Positions 15,133-20,797 of a stretch of 23,655 nt of DNA are shown here, piece by piece. Under the pieces are notes generated by a model. It was not told the DNA's origin, searched no databases, and worked only from the letters and a program-made list of their open reading frames with translations. A program made the translations under genes and the position numbers. Source of the stretch: Minisyncoccota bacterium (lineage in GTDB: Bacteria; Patescibacteriota; Minisyncoccia; Minisyncoccales; Minisyncoccaceae); NCBI GenBank assembly GCA_041649895.1, contig JBAZMG010000006.1, positions 1 through 23,655 on the forward strand, written 5' to 3'. Within the stretch, counting starts at the first letter, position 1. Each line of letters opens with the position of its first letter.

Positions 15133-16026
15133 ATGGAAACAGAAAACCAAAACAAAAAATTAATTGGCATCGTGGCCGACGAGGCCGTTGACCTGCCTGA
15201 TTCAATTGTACAAGAAAACGAGATATCGCTCGTAAAATTCAAATTGGATTTCGAAGAACTAAAGGATGTTCCCGGCAATGTTTATGAAAAAATGCGCGAG
15301 GGAGAGAGAAGGGGACTCAAGACCATTGCCAAGACATCACAACCATCCATTAATGACTTTTTAGGCGCGTACCGGGAAAAACTGAAAAGATTTGAAGAGA
15401 TAATTTGCTTCACCATATCGGGAAAACTATCAGGAACTTTTAACTCCGCTTTACAGGCAACAAAATTTTTACCAAAAGAAGCCCAAGATAAAATTCATCT
15501 GGTTGATACATTGAACGCAACCGGGGGAGAAGGTCTTGTAGCTTTGTGGGCAGCCGATATGATCAAAGAAGCAAAATTGAAAGCCGGAGAGATCGCGGAA
15601 ACAATACGGAAAAATGTTTCCAATTTCAAACTGATCGGGATCTATGGAACACCGAAATGGCTTGAAGCGAGCGGACGCTTGCCAAAATTTTTGCCGGCAC
15701 CCTTGAGGCAAGCGGAAAAAATGAACCTCAAGCCTATTTTTGCCCTGAAAAACGGAAAGATTACTTTTATAAGCATTCGAAAAAACTTAAATGGCATCGC
15801 GAATACTCTATTCCAAGAGTTTGAAAAGCAAACTCTGGCGGCGCGCAATCAAGGAAAAAAGATCAGAGCCGCGATCACTCACGGCGACAACCCGGCTGGA
15901 GCGGAAGAACTGAAAAATTTGGTCTCAAGTTTGGAAAATGTAAAAGTGGAGTTTATAAGCCTGGCTTGTTTTCCGATCGGAGGACATGTCGGCCCGGAAT
16001 CATTAGTGCTTTCCTGGCAACAATAA
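15133..16026 (+). CDS. DegV family fatty-acid-binding protein (FakB-like)
   Basis: IGIVADEAVDLP, TSQPSINDFLGAY, ISGKLSGTFNSALQA; 297 aa. Confidence 0.85.
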   Translation: METENQNKKLIGIVADEAVDLPDSIVQENEISLVKFKLDFEELKDVPGNVYEKMREGERRGLKTIAKTSQPSINDFLGAYREKLKRFEEIICFTISGKLSGTFNSALQATKFLPKEAQDKIHLVDTLNATGGEGLVALWAADMIKEAKLKAGEIAETIRKNVSNFKLIGIYGTPKWLEASGRLPKFLPAPLRQAEKMNLKPIFALKNGKITFISIRKNLNGIANTLFQEFEKQTLAARNQGKKIRAAITHGDNPAGAEELKNLVSSLENVKVEFISLACFPIGGHVGPESLVLSWQQ

Positions 16027-16096
16027 CCCCCACCTTTTTAAAAAAGATGGGGGCAAAAAAGAATAAAAATAAAGAAACACTAATTGCATAAAATAT

Positions 16097-16972
16097 ATGA
16101 GTATCAAAATCATCGTAGGCGAAAGCGCCCCCACGACTCCGGATATTGTGGCAAAGTACGGTTTTGCGACCGTACCGTTTAAGATCGATTGGCCCGAGTT
16201 CGACACCATTAAGGGCAATACGCTTTTTCAAAAAATGCGCGAAGCGAAAAAGCAAGGCATCAAAACCACCCCCAAAACTTCTCAGCCGTCTATAGGCATA
16301 TACAAAAAAGCTTTTGACGAAGCCCTTGTCGACAACGAATATATTCTCGCGATCACTATCAGCTCCGGCATCTCGGGAACTTACAACTCCGCCATTCAAG
16401 CAAAAAAGATGTTCAGTGAAGACGCGCAAAAAAAGATCTATGTTTTTGATACATTTAACGCCGATGCCGCGGAAAGCTTGTTTGCCATTAAAGCGGGGGA
16501 TATGGCGGTGCAAGAAAAGACCATTGATGAAGTAATGGCAAAATTGGAAGAATTAAAACCATCAGCCAAACTGTACGGATTTTTGGACGACCCTTATTGG
16601 CTTGAGGCCGGAGGCAGGATCAGCCATGCCGTAGCCGTAATAATGGCGCAAATGCAAAAGATCGGAATGCGGCCTCTTTTGTCAATGAAAGACGGGGTTG
16701 TTAAGCCGGCGAATCTGAAAATGCAAGCCAAGGACACGGCCGATGCTTTGTTTAAACAGCTGGAAAGCATTGTAAAAGATCCTCTCGCGGACGGGAAAAA
16801 GGTAAGCGTTGCCATAAGCCACGCGGACAATCCCGGAGAGGCCGAAAACTTGAAAAAAATGATCGAAGAAAAATATCCTAGCGCTAAAATAGAATTCGTG
16901 ACCGAGACCGGTCCGGTGATCGGCGCGCACATCGGACCCGGATCATTAATTTGCTGCTGTTTAATAGATTAA
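16097..16972 (+). CDS. DegV family fatty-acid-binding protein (FakB-like), second paralog
   Basis: TSQPSIGIYKKAF, ISSGISGTYNSAIQA, GPVIGAHIGPGS; 291 aa. Confidence 0.85.
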   Translation: MSIKIIVGESAPTTPDIVAKYGFATVPFKIDWPEFDTIKGNTLFQKMREAKKQGIKTTPKTSQPSIGIYKKAFDEALVDNEYILAITISSGISGTYNSAIQAKKMFSEDAQKKIYVFDTFNADAAESLFAIKAGDMAVQEKTIDEVMAKLEELKPSAKLYGFLDDPYWLEAGGRISHAVAVIMAQMQKIGMRPLLSMKDGVVKPANLKMQAKDTADALFKQLESIVKDPLADGKKVSVAISHADNPGEAENLKKMIEEKYPSAKIEFVTETGPVIGAHIGPGSLICCCLID

Positions 16973-17039
16973 CCCTGTTAAATACTTTTGCCAAGCAAAA
17001 GTAAAATTTAAAAGAATCTTTAAATTTTATTTAACAGGG
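16973..17039 (+). other. 67-nt three-way-junction-like inverted-repeat structure directly after the degV stop codon
   Basis: Outer stem CCCTGTTAAAT/ATTTAACAGGG encloses hairpins CTTTTGC-CAA-GCAAAAG and AAAATTTAAA(A)G-AAT-CTTTAAATTTT. Confidence 0.6.
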
Positions 17040-17105
17040 CAAGCCCGGTTAAAAGCACTTACTGTAAACATTATTGATAAATATTAATTATAATAAATCC
17101 AACCC

Positions 17106-17810
17106 ATGATCTTTAATTTAATTGCGATCGCTTTAATTTCTTACATTCTGGGATCAATTCCTTTTTCTCTGGTTTTTGTCAAATTGTTTACGAAAAAAAA
17201 CCTGCACGAACTGGGATCAAAAAACGCAGGAGCATTAAATACCCTGAGGATCGTTGCCAAAGAAAAAGGGAAGGTTTGGGGCGTCTTATCTTTTCTTTTG
17301 GTCGGAATTCTGGACGCAAGCAAGGGTGTTTTCGCCGTCTTAATCGCCAAAAGTTATTTTTTCCCGATTCTTTTGCAAACATCAGCGGAAATAACAATGC
17401 CCTGGCCGACCATTGTCGCCATTATCGCGTTCTTTGCCGTACTCGGACACAATTATTCCATTTTCTTAAAATTCAAGGGTGGAAGAGGGGCTGCCACCTT
17501 ATTTGGTATTCTTTTGTATTTAAACGTTACGGCAGCTCTCGGTATTCTCGGCTTTGTTCTTTTGTTTATTTTTTTAGGAGAACTGCTGGCCGGACACAAA
17601 TTAAACAAAAAATTCGTAAGCGCCGCGATATCAAACCAGATCATTGGCCGGCTTTTGGGAGAAATTGTCGGGCTGTTCTGGATGTACACTATTGATCCTA
17701 TGGTGTTTTATATCGCCGCTTTGCCGATTGTATTAATTGTTTTCGCGCACAAAGACAGGCTTGACGAACAAATTAAAAAGATCAAAGATAAAACCTATCT
17801 AAAAGATTAA
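17106..17810 (+). CDS. plsY: PlsY-family acyltransferase paralog 2 (divergent)
   Basis: LGSIPFSLVFVKL, GSKNAGALNTLR, LDASKG, GHNYSIFLKFKGGRGAAT; 234 aa. Confidence 0.7.
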   Translation: MIFNLIAIALISYILGSIPFSLVFVKLFTKKNLHELGSKNAGALNTLRIVAKEKGKVWGVLSFLLVGILDASKGVFAVLIAKSYFFPILLQTSAEITMPWPTIVAIIAFFAVLGHNYSIFLKFKGGRGAATLFGILLYLNVTAALGILGFVLLFIFLGELLAGHKLNKKFVSAAISNQIIGRLLGEIVGLFWMYTIDPMVFYIAALPIVLIVFAHKDRLDEQIKKIKDKTYLKD

Positions 17811-17814
17811 ACAA

Positions 17815-18483
17815 ATGCAAACATATATTTTGTATCTATTGTTGCTTATAGTCTCTTATTTGGCCGGATCTATTCCTTTCAGTTATATTATTACCCGTCT
17901 CTCCACGCATAAAAATATTTTGGAGATCGGATGGAAAAAAAGCTCGGGGTCCAATGTTTTAAAAAACGTGGGCAAATGGCAGGGAGTACTTGTTTTTCTT
18001 TTGGATGTGGCCAAAGGATTTTTTGTCATCTGGCTCGCGAGAGAACTCGGCACGCCAGCATACTTTCAATCGTTGTGCGGAGTCGCCGCGGTAGTGGGAC
18101 ACAATTGGTCTATATTTTTAAAGGGGAGCGGGGGCAGAGGATTAGCCGCTCTGGTCGGAGCCTTGCTTGCTTTCTCTCCTTTGTTTCTCGCGATAATCTT
18201 ACTCCCGACAATTCTTTTAACTTTTCTTTGGACCGCCTCGATCGGCACACTTTTATCTCTCGCGTTCGGAATCGCGATTGGATTCGGCTGTGTTTATTGC
18301 AAGCCAATGGGCCTTATGCTACTTATATCCTTGACCCCGATATTTATAAAACGCTTAAGCCCGATAAAAGAGATCCCCGGAGCAAAGAACAAAGCGGAAC
18401 TGATCAAAAATCGTTTGCTTTTTGACCAAGACACTGTTCCGCCTTTACGAATAACAAAGTATTTTAATAAGAAAAAGGCTTAA
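17815..18483 (+). CDS. plsY: PlsY-family acyltransferase paralog 3 (most divergent)
   Basis: AGSIPFSYIITRL, LDVAKG, GHNWSIFLKGSGGRGLAA; motif 1 degenerate (KKSSGSNVLKN); 222 aa. Confidence 0.6.
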   Translation: MQTYILYLLLLIVSYLAGSIPFSYIITRLSTHKNILEIGWKKSSGSNVLKNVGKWQGVLVFLLDVAKGFFVIWLARELGTPAYFQSLCGVAAVVGHNWSIFLKGSGGRGLAALVGALLAFSPLFLAIILLPTILLTFLWTASIGTLLSLAFGIAIGFGCVYCKPMGLMLLISLTPIFIKRLSPIKEIPGAKNKAELIKNRLLFDQDTVPPLRITKYFNKKKA

Positions 18484-18498
18484 AATATAAAACGTTTT

Positions 18499-18734
18499 GC
18501 AAACATTTATTTAGACTGTATTATTAGGACGCTTCTCGCAAGAAAATTTTCACCAGAAAATTTGCTGAGCGCTTAATTATTTATTTTAAAATAATTAAGG
18601 GCGGAGGGCCGACGGGCCCGAGCCTGTCCTGAGCGCAAATTCAACTGAATTTGACGCGAAGGAGTGCAGACGCCGGCGACGGCCGGCGGATGACACGTCG
18701 AACGAATAATGCAGTCTAAAAGCTAAATGTTTGC
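18499..18734 (+). ncRNA. 236-nt GC-rich structured element closed by a ~27-bp inverted repeat (candidate ncRNA or MITE-like element) just upstream of tRNA-Arg
   Basis: Arms GCAAACATTTATTTAGACTGTATTATT (18499-18525) and AATAATGCAGTCTAAAAGCTAAATGTTTGC (18705-18734). Internal hairpins at 18544-18563, 18572-18599, 18606-18619 (GGGCC-GACG-GGCCC), 18636-18653, 18672-18687 (GCCGGC-GACG-GCCGGC). Confidence 0.55.
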
Positions 18735-18744
18735 ATTGAGATTA

Positions 18745-18816
18745 GCCCCCGTAGCTCAACGGATAGAGTACTAGTCTTCGGAACTAGTGGTGCGGGTTCG
18801 AATCCTGCCGGGGGCA
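18745..18816 (+). tRNA. tRNA-Arg (anticodon TCG)
   Basis: Acceptor GCCCCCG/CGGGGGC, D arm GCTC-AACGGATA-GAGT, anticodon stem CTAGT/ACTAG with loop CTTCGGA, T arm GCGGG-TTCGAAT-CCTGC; 72 nt. Confidence 0.85.
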
Positions 18817-18841
18817 CAGCAAATTTTGCTGACGCAAAATA

Positions 18842-18943
18842 TTGCAGTAATTAGTAGTTTGTAGTTTGTAATTAGGGTAAGGAAATTATTAGGATAACAA
18901 AATTTGCTCCCAAAGTACCAACTACTCACACAAAGTACAAAAG
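18842..18943 (+). repeat. tRNA-linked ~100-nt repeat, copy 1 (long imperfect hairpin)
   Basis: TTGCAGTAATTAGTAGTTTGTAGTTTGTAATTAGGGTAAGGAAATTATTAGGATA...TTTGCTCCCAAAGTACCAACTACTCACACAAAGTACAAAAG; the TTTGTAG heptad arm pairs with the CAAAGTAC arm. Confidence 0.8.
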
Positions 18944-18945
18944 CG

Positions 18946-19066
18946 TTGCAGTAATTAGTAGTTTGTAGTTTGTAATTAGGGTAAGGAAATTATTAGGATA
19001 TTTTAAAGTAAAATTTATTCCCAATCCGCCAGCTGGCGGAACAAATTACTCACACAAAGTACAAAA
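18946..19066 (+). repeat. tRNA-linked repeat, copy 2 (carries an extra CCGCCAGCTGGCGG hairpin)
   Basis: First 54 nt identical to copy 1; 3' arm ACAAATTACTCACACAAAGTACAAAAA. Confidence 0.8.
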
Positions 19067-19072
19067 ATTTTT

Positions 19073-19427
19073 ATGTTTGATTTTGAAAAATTAGACGTCT
19101 ATAAAAAAGCAAAACAACTAAATAAAAATGTTTTGCGTTTCCTGAAAAAACAACAAACAAATAGATACATATCTTAGAGACCAGCTAAAAAGAGCTTCCA
19201 TTAGTATTGTCATAAACATAGCGGAGGGGAGTGGGAAATTTTCAAAACCGGACAAAAAGAACTTTTACACAACTGCCCGCGGGTCCACGTATGAGTGTGT
19301 TTCTCTGCTTGAAATTATATGCGAAGAAGGCTATATTTCCAAAGAAATCTTTGATATTTTTTACAAAAACTTCGAAATTATCTCAAAAATGCTATTAGGA
19401 CTAATAAATAGCCAAAACAAGGCTTAG
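19073..19427 (+). pseudogene. Four-helix-bundle protein gene (23S rRNA intervening-sequence protein family), disrupted by a 1-nt frameshift
   Basis: Frame A: MFDFEKLDVYKKAKQLNKNVLRFLKKQQTNRYIS-stop (TAG 19175-19177). Frame B from 19179: DQLKRASISIVINIAEGSGKFSKPDKKNFYTTARGSTYECVSLLEI...KMLLGLINSQNKA-stop. Removing one T near 19172 would give NRYILRDQLKRAS. Confidence 0.75.
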
Positions 19428-19431
19428 TTGC

Positions 19432-19460
19432 TTGATTTTTTAAATAAAACAGGCTATACT
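19432..19460 (+). promoter_or_regulatory. Sigma-70-like promoter for the downstream pilin-like gene
   Basis: TTGATT (19432-19437), 17-bp spacer, TATACT (19455-19460), 26 nt before the ATG. Confidence 0.45.
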
Positions 19461-19486
19461 CAAAAAAAAGATTCGGCTAAAAAAAT

Positions 19487-19987
19487 ATGATTTTAAGCTT
19501 AAAAATCAAACATTTTACTACTTTTACTGCAATTCTTTTTTTGTTTTTGTCAATAATTGTGCCTATTACAACAGCTATGGCGGATGATCCCGCCGCGGAA
19601 GAAGGGTTGCAAGTATGCAATTATGGCGAATGTAAATCCATTGTTTGCTGCGGAAACGGGGATCCGATATTAAACGGACAACCAAACCCAGCTTACAAAC
19701 CCTGCACGTTCAACGATATTTTCTGCACAATTAACCGAATCGTACATTTTATACTTTTTGAAATAGTCCCGGCATTAGCGCTTATCTGGTTTGCCATCGC
19801 CGGATTTACAATAATTACCGCGGCGGGCGATCCGGGCAAAGTCACCCAAGGGAGACAAATGATTACTTACGCAGTTATCGGACTGCTTGTTGTTTTTACC
19901 GCGTGGATACTTGTTTACGAATTTGTCGGATTTATCGGAGGAGCGGACCAAAAAGAATGGTTATTGCAATTTTTTAAAAAACCGTAA
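19487..19987 (+). CDS. TrbC/VirB2-like (type IV secretion pilin family) small membrane protein
   Basis: Signal peptide ending TTAMA|DD, Cys-rich segment, then two TM helices flanking AAGDPGKVTQGRQMITYAVIGL, the pattern typical of T4SS pilins. Confidence 0.55.
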   Translation: MILSLKIKHFTTFTAILFLFLSIIVPITTAMADDPAAEEGLQVCNYGECKSIVCCGNGDPILNGQPNPAYKPCTFNDIFCTINRIVHFILFEIVPALALIWFAIAGFTIITAAGDPGKVTQGRQMITYAVIGLLVVFTAWILVYEFVGFIGGADQKEWLLQFFKKP

Positions 19988-20003
19988 TGAGCCTTATACA
20001 AAA

Positions 20004-20076
20004 GCCCCGTTAGCTCAGTTGGTAGAGCAGGAAGCTCTTAACTTCAAGGTCGTGGGTTCGAATCCCTCACGGGGCA
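20004..20076 (+). tRNA. tRNA-Lys (anticodon CTT)
   Basis: Acceptor GCCCCGT/ACGGGGC, D arm GCTC-AGTTGGTA-GAGC, anticodon loop CTCTTAA, T arm GTGGG-TTCGAAT-CCCTC (one T-T mismatch; one G-A mismatch at the top of the anticodon stem); 73 nt. Confidence 0.8.
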
Positions 20077-20104
20077 CAGCAAATTTTGCCCCCGAGGCAA
20101 AATC

Positions 20105-20205
20105 TTGCAGTAGTTTGTAATTTGTAGTTTGTAGTTTGGGTAAGGAAATTATCAGGATATATAAAATTTGCTCCCAAAGTACAAATTACACACACAAAGT
20201 ACAAA
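20105..20205 (+). repeat. tRNA-linked ~100-nt repeat, copy 3
   Basis: TTGCAGTAGTTTGTAATTTGTAGTTTGTAGTTTGGGTAAGGAAATTATCAGGATA...TTTGCTCCCAAAGTACAAATTACACACACAAAGTACAAAG; homologous to 18842-18943. Confidence 0.8.
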
Positions 20206-20296
20206 GGATTCGAAGGCGTAGCCACGACGGTGGCGAGCCGGGCCCTGAGAATTTTTCAGCAGAAAAATATCGAAGGGCGAATCCCTCACGGGGCAC
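20206..20296 (+). repeat. GC-rich structured module fused to a 19-nt duplicate of the tRNA-Lys 3' end
   Basis: GGATTCG (20206-20212) pairs with CGAATCC (20278-20284). Hairpins GCCAC-GACG-GTGGC (20221-20234) and ATTTTTC-AGCA-GAAAAAT (20251-20268). CGAATCCCTCACGGGGCAC at 20278-20296 duplicates 20059-20077. Confidence 0.8.
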
Positions 20297-20512
20297 CACT
20301 TCGCTCCGACCAATCGGAGCTACGCGGTGCAAGCACAGCCCAGCTTAAAGTTGAATTGACGTTTTAGAAAAGCGAAGTGGTCCCGCGAAGCCTTGGCGAA
20401 GTAGGGGCGAAGTGGGACAGCACCCTTACATACAAAAACTTAATAATGAACAGACACCCATCTCGGTATAAAACCTGGGATGAGGCGCATAACAAATGTA
20501 ATAATTAAAAAT

Positions 20513-20779
20513 ATGTTATCAGCAGAAGAAAAGACAGCTATCATAGCAAAGTACAAGATACACGAAAAAGATACCGGATCGGCCGAAGTGCAAATTGCCT
20601 TGCTCTCCGAAGAGATTGAACAACTTTTGGAGCACCTGAAGACACACAAAAAAGACTTGCACTCCAAAAAGGGACTTTTGAAAATGGTTTCAAAAAGAAG
20701 AAAGCTTTTGAAATACTTACAGAAGACCGACGAAAAAAAATATAAAGACATCACTAAAAAAATCGGCCTTAAATCATAA
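20513..20779 (+). CDS. rpsO: 30S ribosomal protein S15
   Basis: 88 aa from the internal Met (MLSAEEKTAIIAKY...DTGSAEVQIALLSEEI...HKKDLHSKKGLLKMVSKRRKLLKYL), full-length match to the S15 pattern. The ORF-track start at 20480 would add an atypical 11-aa extension. Confidence 0.9.
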   Translation: MLSAEEKTAIIAKYKIHEKDTGSAEVQIALLSEEIEQLLEHLKTHKKDLHSKKGLLKMVSKRRKLLKYLQKTDEKKYKDITKKIGLKS

Positions 20780-20797
20780 GGCCGCTTAACTTATAAT

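Noticed and set aside
15043-17052. TTAACCGGG (15041-15049) and CCCGGTTAA (17044-17052) as inverted repeats bracketing the two degV genes
   Set aside because: A 9-bp inverted match is expected many times by chance in a 23.6-kb window, and there is no extended pairing or target-site duplication.
19887-20348. ORFs 19887-20120 (+) and 20136-20348 (+)
   Set aside because: The first reads through tRNA-Lys. The second spans the tRNA-linked repeat, the GC-rich module and the duplicated tRNA end. There is no homology-like pattern, and both are explained by the non-coding features.
20480-20512. Upstream ATG at 20480 as the rpsO start
   Set aside because: It would add an 11-residue N-terminal extension (MRRITNVIIKN) not seen in S15. 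The internal Met at 20513 gives the canonical 88-aa protein aligning from its first residues.
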